Source: Chlorokybus atmophyticus (lineage: Eukaryota; Plantae; Mesostigma and Chlorokybus algae). From it: DNA of 64,000 bases. The translations under genes were made by a program, and so were the position numbers. The notes under the pieces were generated by a model. The model had not been told where the DNA came from, searched no databases, and worked only from the letters and a program-made list of their open reading frames with translations. Location: NCBI GenBank assembly GCA_009103225.1, contig RHPI01002069.1:707378-771377 (forward strand), given 5' to 3'. Of the stretch, positions 38,407-50,909 are shown piece by piece. The stretch's first letter is position 1; the number at the start of each line of letters is the position of its first letter.

Positions 38407-39027
38407 GCCCAGAGTTCATACTTACCAGAATGTCATTACAACCGCAACGACTCCACCAAGCTAACATCCACAGCCACCAACGGCAGCACAACAACCAGCG
38501 CATCCATGAATTTACAAGTGCGCATGTGCAGCACACAACATCAGGCCGGCGTCATCAGCTCTGCAGTCTCACCATCACCCCAACATCTGCACAGCATCTA
38601 CAAATTCTCACTTACACTTTTTGGTGTTGTGTTGACAACTACCCGCTGTGCTAGCATGTAGTTAATGAATACGGTAGTAGGCATCAAGGTGAACCGCAGA
38701 ATCAGCCAAACATGAGCAGACCTGAACCGTCTAGTGTCAAAACAGTCTCAGCGCAAGGCACATTCATGGTAAGGGTGTGTATGGCTGTGTTGATATTGCA
38801 ATCCACTTAGACTATGGAGAGGGGAGGGGGGGAAATAGCAGGTGCTGTCCGCGGCTATCCCAACTTTGCTTGCCTTGCAGGATGCTAGGAGAAGTTTGAA
38901 CGCTTGTGCAGGATGCAAACCACATGCACATGTGCGGGTGTGGATAAATTGTGTGTACGTACAGTAACACAGACACCACGAGCAGAGACTGATACGTCCG
39001 TGCACAGCACGTGTGAGTGTAATGACT

Positions 39028-42000
39028 TCAACACTGGCTGGCAGCGCCAAGTCCCCTGAGCTGCTCTGTTCGTAAGTCACCCCACTCGCATCCATCGCCT
39101 TCACTCAAACCAAAGCCACTTGGCAAACGCAACACATACCCACCCTGCGGTGGCCTCGAGCACAAGAGGGTGAGAGTAAAGACACTACTCGTTGATGTGG
39201 GTTCGTAGGCAACGGAGCATAGGCCGAAGCCTGATGTGGAGAAGTTGTTCAGTCTCATGGGAGAAGAGGGTGAGAAAAAGTCTGGTGGGATGCCAGAGAA
39301 GAGTATGAGGGTGTTGTCATCACCCTCATGCGTCATAGCGTCACGCAGAAGGTGCCAGAACTCCGCCACGGACCAACCGTGAGGCATCGCCACATCAGGT
39401 TCCCAGTTGGAACGGAGCTTATCCAGTTACCCCACTGGCCACTGCCACTCCCCAGCCCCTCATCAATCACATAAAACCCCTGCATCCACACACGCATCGG
39501 CCAGAGATGCGTGTGTATCTCTGTACCTGTCACACAACCAACTCTCCCCACCTTCATGTTGTACGTGTCTAGGTAGGGAGTCGAGTGTGATGGATAGGCA
39601 GCGTCTCGGTTGCCCGCGAGTAGGCCCTGGTGCCCGCGCGCGGCGGGGAAGTAGAGCCAGCCCTCGGGGGACTGGGGACCCCACGCCGGCGAGCTGGGAA
39701 GAGGCGGGGGAGGAGAGGTAAGGGGTAGAGATGAGTAGGCCAGGGGGGGACGCAGAGACCACCGTACCCTGCACGGCGCAGGGATGGGGTGGGTTGAGGG
39801 CAATGCTCGTTGCGGATACACTCACGCGCGTACAGGACCCACCGCTATACACGCACACGCACGCGCGCGCGCACAGGCACACCCCCAAACACACATACGC
39901 GTGCGTTTATGTGCGCACAGACAGAAAAGCCCGAAACATGCCATCACAGTGTGCAAAGATACACGTGAGTTCGCTGCCGCGTGTGCACACAATCGCCCTG
40001 CTCTCTGGTAGGTACGCTTCGAACTCGTGGGTGCGATAGGTCTGGAACAAGTTGTCGGCCAGGGCGTCCAGCAGCGCCGCGGCCGCGCGCACGCCCGCGT
40101 CCAAGGCCTCCGTGAAGCGGGGGTTGAGACCGTCGCCCTCGCCGGGAACGAGTTCCTGCAGATGGACACATATCACCCTTTGGATGCATGCATCTAAAGA
40201 GCGATATATTCGCCACAATGGCAGATGAGCGTTTCGTGACTGGATGTGAGCACTACTCACTGTCAGCCGTTTATCTCAGGGGAGTAATGTTGTGAGTGTG
40301 TGTGTGTGTGTGTGTGCACGCGCACTACAGCACACACACACAACACTCCTCCCTGGTATTGCAGGCACTCTCTTCTCATCATTAGTCTCGCACCACCAGT
40401 TCGGCGTGTGCGTGCTAGTGAACAGCCACCAATGCAACAATCCAAGCCAACCTGTCGCTCGGTTCTGGGAACGGCGTCTCCAAAGTCGTTGCTGCTGAGA
40501 GCGACCCAGTGGGGTCCGGGAGTCGTGCGGTAGTACGTGACCATCGCCAGCAGCCTCCGCACTCGGGGCAACACCTGCTTGCAGTTGAGTCACAGGAGAT
40601 AGAGAGTGGGTTGTAGGTTGTGGTGCGGCTTGTGTATGGCAATTGGAAGAGAGAGAACAGCAGTTGCAGGAATGGCATAGATAGAACAGTCGCACAACTT
40701 GGGCACATTCATCACAATCACACCTGCTGAAGCCACGTGGGGTCCTGCGTGTGACACCAGTACTGCCTCGCCAGCCACGATACCTGAACATCAAAACACC
40801 ATGAACTCCCCCCACCCCCACCACTACCCCCCCCACCACAACAACAACACCCCTCCCCACCTCTCCCGCGTTGTCCGCTTCCGGGTAATCTCTCCCCTGA
40901 TACGGGTCTCTCCATCAGATCCCGCAATATGGTCTCCGCGAGGTCGGTGTGGCCGGTACGCAGCAGCGCGAGCGCGATGTAGGCCCCGTCGCGCGTGAAG
41001 GTCTTGTAATTGAAGACGAACGCGTCGGCCGTGTGGTTGTTGAGAGCGAGGGAGAGGTGGGAGGGACAGGAGCGGTAGGACTCGGACCACCTAGGGAAGA
41101 AGGGGGGGTGGGCACATGTGTGTGTGTGTGTGTGTGTGTGTGTCCTTACTGGCAGGGCATGTCTGTGAGTGTTAGTGCGCGCTCACCCGCATAAGCATAC
41201 ACACGCGCGTGCGCAAACATGTTTGCACGTCGCACGTGCGCGTACACACACACACACACACACACACACATTAACTGTAATCAGGAACTTCAGCAGTTGA
41301 CTCCTGATATGCCCGGCAGTCCGCTGCCGCCTTGGCCGCAATCAGTTGCACACACATCCACACATAAGTACAACCAGCAGCACCCAACAAACCCACAAGC
41401 CTCAAGCTCACTGGAATGAGGTTGGCCTTGAACCAGTCTCTTCCCGGGTCCGGCTGCCGCACGCAACCTATCTGGTCCGCGAGGCTGTTCTCCTCCGGCG
41501 TGGTGGGGTTCAGCGGCGCATCATCTTCCCACCTATACACACATATGTGGCTGTGTGTAAGTTGTTGTTACACACATGTGAGACAAATATACGTGCTTGC
41601 TTCTTGCACAGACAGACAGACAGACAGACAGACAGAGAGTGCGCCACATCCCAACATCCCAATCGCCATAGCCATGCACAGCTATGTGTGAATGTGTATG
41701 TGTGTCTATCAGGTGGGAATTCAACGTTACAACATGACAACACCTTGGTGTCGTCGGGTGCCGTGTACTCGGCCTGCGCCAGCTCCGACGTGACGCTCAC
41801 GTTGGAGGGAGTTGCGAACTCGGTGAAGGGGATGAGGCAGCCGCCGTACCGCAACCCGTGGTTGTTCTGCAAGTGGGCGGGGTCGCTTGTGTGTGTATGT
41901 GTGATGAAGATGACCAACAACTTACCCACACGCCTGGCTGAGTTGCAGCCACCAGCTGCCTCAGGCTCGCTTGACACAGCCAGTAGTAGACGCCGTACGA

Positions 42001-42296
42001 ACCAAACCCGGGACTGATGACGCACAAGAACACACACTTACCAATTGTTACACCACGACACCAACAGCAACAACAAGCATGTTCCCCCCCCACCTTAAGT
42101 TCCCCTCCGCCCCCTCAAACGTCTTTAGCGTGTCGACGGTGTCCGGCACACCGATGGCGAGGTGCTTGGGGTCCAGATGACGCATCGCGGGGATGGTGCT
42201 CTGGCAGCTGGCGGTGTGGGGGAGGAGGAGGAGGACCAGGAGGATCAGGAGGACGACAAGGACTTTGAACCCATGGAGGTGGCCGTACTGAGCCAT
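39028..42296 (-). CDS. Secreted six-hairpin glycosidase-like protein of bacterial type; multi-exon, with at least one apparent frameshift (gene or pseudogene)
   Basis: Signal peptide MAQYGHLHGFKVLVVLLILLVLLLLPHTASC. (alpha/alpha)6-barrel-like motifs: YKTFTRDGAYIALALLRTGHTDLAETIL, WLARQYWCHTQDPTWLQQ and MPHGWSVAEFWHLLRDAMTHEGDDNTLILFSGIP. Exons are GC-rich with GT-AG introns. Confidence 0.7.
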
Positions 42297-43512
42297 GACA
42301 GTAGAAAGGGCCAGACTCTTCTTGAGCTCCACACCAGGCCAGGCCAGGCTAGTACACGAGTGCAATACACAGAGAGCTTCTTCCCCTTACTGTACTGTAC
42401 TGTACTGTACTGATTTGCATATGCTATACTATACTATTTGCACGTACTGTACTGATTTGCATATCATCATTGCTGCTGTCAGGTGTACTGGGCATACACT
42501 GACATCGCTCCGGAACGTGTGATGAGTCACATCACACGTTCCGGAGCGATGGTGAAGGTTTTGGGGGGCACCCGGACACACAACCAACCACGCAACCAAA
42601 AGCGTTGTTCCCAATGTGTACACTTGGGAAGTGTACAACCCGCCCTCGTAATGTTCTCTGAGTGGCGGTACTTGTGCCACACATCAATAACTTCATTGGT
42701 ACTAAGGGCCTGCGTTCAAGTTTAGGTCTAAGGCACTGTCACGGTGTGCATCGGACCCAGTATCCTCATGCGTTGTGTGCAGCGTACCAGCGTACTCATC
42801 ATCCCCTTGTGCCTTGAAGTTGTCAATGTAATGATGTGTCGCTTCACAACAGACATCCAGATTCAAACAGGGACTTCTTTCTTTGCTGCTAGACTTTTAC
42901 AGAGGAAGTCAACCGTTCTTTAGCCACCGTATCGCGAAACATAGATACACGGTCAGCCGTTTGTGGTTATTGGCTTTGCCCCACCCTGTGAAAGAAGGGA
43001 CTCAAACCTCTTGGAAAGGGGTAGCTTCTGGCAGGGAGGGGAATAGCAACGTTGGCCACCAAACTGCGTATGCTTGGTGAGGACGACTGCTTGCTGCTTT
43101 AGATCAGGCAGCTCACTCATTACATGTAAAAATGTGCAGTGCTGCAGTGGAAGACGCGAACGTCTTGTTCTTAGTTGAGTTTAAAACAGTGACATATGGA
43201 AATGGAACGCCCATAAACGCCATGCTTGCGAGCTTTAAGTACTTGGTCTTGTCCTCATGATTCCGTTTCTATTGGCAAACATCCACCGTGAGTCGCACCC
43301 GCAGCAGAGGTCAGAAACAGAAACTCAACATGGCATTCAACGCTTAAACCAGAAACATACAATTACTCACAGCACCACCGACTCTACCATCCATCTACAG
43401 GTGCTGCTACATCTATGTGCATGCAGACGCGTGCTAGGTAGAGGCAAGGCAAAGTCGTGAGCAAGCACCGGAGGGTGTTGCGCTTGACCTGCAGCGCAAG
43501 CAGCAGAGGGTG

Positions 43513-43553
43513 TTGGGCCAGGCCATGGGCTAGCAGCCCATGGCCTGGCCCAA
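43513..43553. repeat. Perfect 19 bp inverted repeat with a 3 nt loop
   Basis: TTGGGCCAGGCCATGGGCT-AGC-AGCCCATGGCCTGGCCCAA. Confidence 0.95.
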
Positions 43554-45860
43554 GAATCTGTGTGTAGGTGCAGTGCATGCGTAAGTGCGCACCTACACAG
43601 AATAAGTACCGCCTCCACTGATATATCGTGCGTAGGCCCATTGAGCACAGTGTCGTCAGCATGAAACAGCCTCACCATCCTCGCAGCACAGCATAGCATT
43701 GCTCCCTCCGCCCNNNNCCCCCCCCCCCCCCCCCCCCCCCTCCTGCTATACTGCCTGCACTGCTCTCGTTGCTGCCTGCCCCCCTTCATCGACCACGACC
43801 TAACCTTGAGTACTGTTGCTACAGCTCGGCTTGTGCTGTTATACTCCACTCTACTGACTGACTGACTTGCTCCCCTCCAACCCACTGGATGCACCGAGGT
43901 AGAGCACGTAGTCAGGCTGTGCCCTGCCTTGGTTCGGTTCTCTGTCTGAGCTTCTCTGGTTAGCAGATTTGCGTGCGTGCGCGCGTGCGTGCGTGCGTGA
44001 CATTGGTGATGATGAACAGCCTACATCGCGATCCGATCAGCGCTAGCACTGCAGGGAAGTTTTGCATGCACGAGAGCATACAAAAAGAAGCGTGATAAGG
44101 GGCCCCCTATCGTGCGTGCCTTTGCTGTCAGTGAACTTCACAAGTGCCAACTGCGCCAGTAGTACTACTATCGAGTTGACAACGCCGCATGGGCGTCATA
44201 GAGAGCGTGCACGAATGAGATGTGCATATAATTGGTCTTCGACGCCTCAACCATGGCACAGCGCCCAATATAGTTGAAGGGGGGGCTTTCTGAATGTCCA
44301 ACTGCAGGGATGATTTGTCTGCGGAGCGATTTGCATGCTGTCCCACAGTCACACAGTGCAGCTAGCGCCTTGGTGTAGCCACTCAGAATCGCCAAGGCTC
44401 GGTGCGACAACTGTGACTTAACTAAACTTGGATGATTTTCATCGCTGATGTGCATGCAAGTAAACAATGAAACACATAGTGATTAGCCGCATGTTGCCAC
44501 TGAGCTTAGCCGGTGCAATGAGCGTAGACGCAGACATCGACTGTAGCACCTCCCGCAGGGCATGGCAAGTGCACGATACTCTGCATGACGGTTGCAAAGA
44601 TAGCAAGGATGCATTGTTGGGGTCACTTCAAAACTGCTGCGACGGTCGTATGTTTGCCCTGATGGTCTCGCGCCTACCAAACGAGCACCCGGAGCCGATG
44701 CAGTGCGAAATAGCGTGGAGTGAGTTCACTGGCATCTCGGCTTGCTCAAGGGTGTAGTTAAGGGGCCCGGGTATTCGTCTGTACCTTGTAGATATTGGGA
44801 GTGCAGTCTCAGCAGGAGGATGTAATGCATGCAATACTCTCAGCTGTATCTGGCGCTGCAGGTGCACAAACATCGTGGAATGTGTGTATCAGGATGGCAG
44901 CTGCTCTGCGTATCTGCCCGGCAACCCAACGCTATGCGTGCTTGAGGGCCTGCTCCTGCTGCTGCTCAGCCAAACCCTCACCCTCACCCTCACCCTAGCC
45001 TTGAGGCGCAATGCGACCAAGTGCTAGTAATGGCAGCAGCAGCAATGATAATCAACTAACTAACTAACATACATCGATAACGCAGTTGCAGGACACGAGA
45101 GGATGGCAGAGGATGGCAGGAGGCTGTACTGTGTCGAGTGCTGAGCATGGTGACCCTGTACAACACCTACTTGCTGAAGGTAACAATGGGCCCTTGCATG
45201 CAGTCAACATTGTCTAGGCTTCTTTTCCACGTAGTTAGGAGCAAGTTCGGAGAGATGCTTATAGCAATGACCGTGGTATGACTCACATGGCGTACACAGC
45301 CAGGAATCTATCTGGCAGTACCAAAAGGGTCGAGTACACGGTGAACTCGCAACCGGGAACTAGTACAGTTTCAGCAAGCTGAGCAGAAGAACCTGTTCCC
45401 ACCCACTACATGGTCGATGCGTTCGCACTCAAGCCATTGGTCATTGACGTGGAGAAACCTTGTGTAGATAAAGCAAAGAAAGCAAGCAGCTCACTGTCAC
45501 GCATCTCCCACAGCACCTGAGGGCGTCACCACATGCATGACTTGCCCCTCATTCATAGTTTGCAGCTGCGCCCTTTCCATCAGCCCCACCAACATGAGCA
45601 AAGCACAGCCGTCTATCACACTCTGCAATACTTGCCCTGGACCACACAACTGGCTGAAGGGCCGTGCAGCAAAACTTTTGGCCCCATGCACGAGAAGGAA
45701 GAACGTTATTTCCCTCCGGCACACAGCATATACCCAGAGCAAACGACAAGCAAAACCAAGCGTAGCTCCCTGAGTCGCAATAAAGAATGAGACTAACTTC
45801 TACCAACTGCAATTACCTACCACAGAGCTGTCTGATGGCACACAAGCTTACATGGGCAGC

Positions 45861-48800
45861 TTATTCTTCAACTTGCACAATCTTCACCACAGCTGAATCG
45901 CCCAGCTTTTGGCTCACGACAACAAGGTCGTGCAGTGCGACTATGCCCATCTTCATCCCATGTCGAATTGCAATACTCAGCAGGTACTCGTCAGATCGCT
46001 TGCCAGTGTCATTAACAGTCTGCAGAGGGATAGCATCGTGACGCTCAGACTCTAGTGCTCCACTACCAAACTGCATTGAGAGGCGCACACACGCTGTTAC
46101 AGCACATGCTACACAGTGCAGCAGGCAAGGTCTGACGGATACCGAAACAAACCAACAAGGCAGTACCAATGCACGATTGCATAAGTGAACAAAACAGAAC
46201 CTGTCTCGTCGCCAACATGGGGAATAGTCCACGAGTGATCAGTGTCTGCCTGGCCTGAAATGCACAAAACCATAAAAATTACTTAAGCATACTAACGTCA
46301 GATGCACAACGCAGTTCCCACATGTTGCAGGACTGGTTGATGTAATGCACATATGCGGCCTTGAAGTACACCAACAACGACCTACCTGATATTCACCGGT
46401 GAAATGCCACATTAACTGATCTGTGGAGAGTACGGGTATCACAACGGCAATGATGGGTATCTGGGGGCGATACTTGGCTATCAACCTGTGATAACACTTA
46501 CATTAATGAAAAATGAAAAATCCAATGGTCAATGGACAGCTGCCAACAAGTTTTGTGCAAGGATGACAAACAACAGCGCAGATTGCACTGCATACCTGGC
46601 TGCTCTTCCCGATTCCGTAAAGCAAACTATCATAGATGCCTTGATTTTCTCAGCACACCGCACCTGGTCAGCATACAGGTTATGCATGGCTGTGCATGTA
46701 TTCCACACTGCACCTCACTGCACCAAAAGCCATGTGACAAGTTGTCAAGCTGAAAGCATGGACGAAACTTGAGTACATCTTACCGCCGATGACGCAAGGG
46801 ACTCCAGCTGGCTGAGCGGCAGCTTGAGCTCCTTCATGATGTTTTTGAAGTGCTGTTGATGGTTGTACACGCGCTCACTCTGCACAACACAACAGCATAC
46901 AACATATAAACAATACCTAATAACCACATCATGCCAGTACTGTTTTTGGCTGCGTTTGCCAACCGGCCGCGGCTAGAGACATGCAATCGACCACATGCCT
47001 GTGTCACATGTGTGGGGATTCAACAAGCTAAGACTAGTTGCAAACCATCCTCTAAGCACACCTCTTGGCAGATGGAGAGGACCGTTTCAACTGTCTCGAT
47101 AGGGTACGAACCGCGCAGTGTCTCAGCTCCAAGCATAATTGCATCCGCCCCTGTACCAGCACCATATGAGGTTACACAATGACCTGATGGACTGCATATG
47201 CCAGTGGGCGCAAAGCAAGGACCCGAGCTCACCATCAAGAATGGCATTTGCAACATCAGTGGCCTCAGCGCGAGTCGGGCGCGGTGTATCGCACATGGAG
47301 TCCACCACGCGGGTGATCACAACAGGCTTGCCAGCAAAGTTGCAGCGGTTGATAATCATCTTCTGTGCTAAGAACATCTGCACCAGGTGCACTGTAAGAA
47401 ATGGACAGCTGCAAGCACTGGCCCTGTAAAGTGCACATTTAACCTGTATACATTGGGTAGTGTGGTTGCCTTGTTTGATTGTGTGTGCGGGGGTGGGGGG
47501 GTGGGGGGGTGGGGGACATACCTTTTCAGCAGGAAGGTCAATTCCGAGGTTAGCCCGTGACAAGATGATACCGTCCGCCACCTCCAAGATCTCATTGAGA
47601 TGAAGCAAGCCCTCCAAGTTTTCAATCTTTGCCAAGATCTTGGCTTGCTTGAGATCACCACGCTTATTCAACTCCTGGCGTGCTGCTAATACATCTGCTG
47701 CGCATCGCGTGAACGACAATGACAAGAAGTCAAAGCCATTGACAGCACCCCACTGCTCAATGTCCTCAATATCCGTTTTGGTCAGAGTGGGCAGGTCAAT
47801 GTTTGTCTTTCCAACTGAGAGTGTCAGCAAACTGCCACCGAGGTTGGCACTGTTGTAGCACTTGCACACCACATCTGTTTTGGTGGTCTTCACAACCTTC
47901 AAGAACACAGATGCCGTGTCGTGTCCAGTAAAGAGGTATTGCCCTAAAAACATGTCGGTGCCCACTTTGACATTCTGCAACAGACGTTTTGTCAGGCAGC
48001 ACAAGGGGAGCCACACGCTTGTCATCAAGCCACTAACACTGCCCCAATGACAGTAAGACACTGACATTGATGACTTGAAGTGCATTATGACCGTAGTCCC
48101 ACTGGTAGTGACGACCACTACCACTGCGAACGTCATTCAGGTGATAATCATGATGATGACTATGACAGTACAAGGATAGTAATCATGATGACAGCTGTAG
48201 CACATGTAGTAGGCACATGCCTGCCGATCAATTTGTACGAGAGCGAAATAAGAACGCACCTACTGCCAGCTAATTCTAAAAAGCTTTGCTGTTTATGTCG
48301 GCCCTCAATACCTGTGCAAGATTTGCGTACGATAATGGAAGCACGTCCTTGGATGCTTTCTGAGTCAAGTCTGACGTTAAGGTAAGCAACTGGTCCTTTT
48401 CGACACTGATGACGTCGTCACTGTTCTTGGTCACTGTTATCTCTGGACCTCTGGTATCGAGCATGACCTGCAGCAACGTGATGGTCACTAACAGTGCAAA
48501 AGTGAAAGCTAAAGGTGCCAGTGCACTAAACCGCCTGGACATACCGCACAAAGCTTTCTGGTGTTTTTCATGGCTTCCCTCAAGTTATCCAGTGTTTCTT
48601 GATGGTACTCGTGGCTGCCATATGAAAAGTCGAAGCGAGCCACTGGACAGACACACGATATGATGACTACAACACAGCTCAAGCACGCTTGCAAATGGCC
48701 GATATTCAAGCACGTTTGTTAGTGCACGTAGGTCCTGAGCAGTGCATACCTGTCATTCCCGTTTTCAGCAATGCTTCAAGCACTTGCACTGAGCGCGTTG

Positions 48801-49513
48801 CAGGACCAAGCGTGCATACTATCTTGCTGAAAGCTGGCAACGGCACCCTCTGCAAACAAAGCCACGCGACATTGAAAACCTTGAACAAAATAAACAGAAT
48901 TCGCCGCATGCAAGCATTGTCACAGTGCAGCGACAGGGCTTCCTAAGTGCAGTTGTTTACATCACTCTGCACGGCAACCTCAAACGCATGCAAACGGGCG
49001 CAGCACCCCGCCTTCATATGCATGCATGCATGCATGTGATCGGCATCTTTGTGCGTGTAGGCATGCATGCACATAAGCACCATGCACCAGCGCGCCTGCA
49101 GGGATGGACAGCATGCTATACCTGCGGTGTCTCCACAATGGAGCCCAGGCGCACGGGCTCCTCAAGCAGCAGCTGTTCAGTCATGGTTGGACCTGTTCCT
49201 TCTTCTTCGTCGTCAGAGCTCCAAGCGCCCGCGAGGCTGCCAAAACTGGTCTCGGGGTGGAGACCTGCCTCTTCGTCGCGCTCCTCCCAGAAATCAACTT
49301 CCGGGCACGATTGGCAGGGATATTGAGGAACTTTGAGGTGCTCAACAGTGCCGTTTGATTGCTGCTCAAATGCAACCTCAGCAGCTGGCGCGAGCAACCC
49401 AGCTGGCAGAGATGACTTCGACGCCTGGACTGTTTCTTCGTCGCTCTGCTCTGGGCTCAACTGGAGATCTTTAGAGGAAGTCTGTTCACCGACCGGCCAA
49501 GCAACCACGCTCT

Positions 49514-49549
<36 letters not shown>

Positions 49550-49814
49550 TGCCCTGTTCTTCAACAGCAGCAGACCGCTGCAGCGACTGCTCAAACCTGT
49601 CGACGGCAGATGTAAGCAGCAGCAAATCCGGTTCGGAGAGTTCAACCTCCGGAGCAGAATGCGCCTGCTCCTGCTCCTGCTGAACTGGCCGGTCAGCAGC
49701 AGACGAGCGCTTGCCTCGCTGAACCCACTTGCTACCAGCACCACCACCGGCGGCGGCAGCAGCAACAGCCACGCACAATGCTGCCGCCCCAGCTGCCGCA
49801 ACACCCCTCCACAT
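45861..49814 (-). CDS. PK: Pyruvate kinase, plant cytosolic cPK4/cPK5 (At2g36580/At3g52990) type, with a long N-terminal extension
   Basis: [12 protein letters not shown] / [12 protein letters not shown] / [21 protein letters not shown] / GQYLFTG / AKIENLEGL / TRVVDSM...[16 protein letters not shown] / LGAETLRG / KYRP / VVKIVQVEE-stop. A conventional start would be ATG 49184, but the frame is open back to ATG 49814. Confidence 0.93.
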
Positions 49815-49900
49815 GCACCGCCGCCCCGGCTGTCAGCCGCCGTAACAGTGCCTCCTGCCCAGCTCAAGTGGCCAAAGCCACGTTGGAAAATGGCGTCTCA

Positions 49901-49909
49901 AAACCCTAA
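49901..49909. promoter_or_regulatory. Telo-box upstream of PK (PK/PCS divergent region)
   Basis: AAACCCTAA lies ~90 bp upstream of ATG 49814. Confidence 0.55.
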
Positions 49910-50909
49910 AAAACGTAAAGATGCTCACAGCAGGCACTGAACCCAGTTAAACAGCAATTGCGCAACGTGAACACAGTCAGGTGTAACTGCTTGGTCCAAC
50001 CTCATTTGGCGAGTGTTACTTAGAGTTACCACTGGTAACCGATGTTGCGCTTGCCGTTACGCACCTGCTAACCGCTCGTTACGGGGTGATCCGCTTTCGC
50101 GCTCAGTGATTTGCGTTCAGTGATCACGAGTACAAACTTGGCTATTACAGCAAGCTCGCAGGGGGCGGCGGAGGAGGAGAAGAAGGAGGAGCAGGATGTC
50201 ATTGGCCTGGATTACTATGTTGTTTCATTTGAGGCTTGAAGAGGTGCTAGCCTAGTGTGCTCGTCCAACGCTGGCTCGGTTGCTGCGCAAGCTGGCGCAG
50301 CTGCGGTTAGCAGCGTCGTCAGCGGCTCTGTGCACAACAAGTGCGCTTGAGAGGCGCCCAGCGGTAGTGCTTCCTCCCGTGCGTCCGCCTCAAGCTTTGT
50401 CAACGGATGCTGCTCGTCGCGTATGTTTAATATACCGGAGAGCAATGGCACACTCACATCATCCATGCACACAAGCACACGAAGTTAGCGCACTGCTTGT
50501 GGCGTGTGTGGCACCAAACCATGTCTGCCAGCTGCAGACATGTTGCACAAGACTTGTGTGTTGTGTCACAGACAAGCCAGCATCGTGTTCTTGTGACGTA
50601 AGGCTTCATATGACACCTGTTTCTCCCCTCCTCAACACGCAGTGCACTCAGCTCGTGGCTGTCAAACTCTGGCAGTATACAGCTGTTGACAGAGTCATGA
50701 TGCCTCGCTAAGCAATGGCAGCATAGAAGCAGCAGATGGTTGGCACGCATGCATGCAAGTTATCATACATGCATGGCCGCAGTTCAGCGGGGTGAAGCGT
50801 TTGAGGTGCACGCAGCTTGCAATGCGCCCAAGCCACATTCACGGCATCTCAACTAGCACTACTATGGCAGGCACCACTGGTCACAAGAAGCACTGCAGGT
50901 GTGACAGCC

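Noticed and set aside
50196-50909. Organelle-targeting N-terminal extension of PCS (R/L/A-rich frame at 50260-50420)
   Set aside because: An in-frame TAG separates it from the nearest ATG, and the splice phases to the PCS exon do not match. More likely 5'-UTR, though not excluded.
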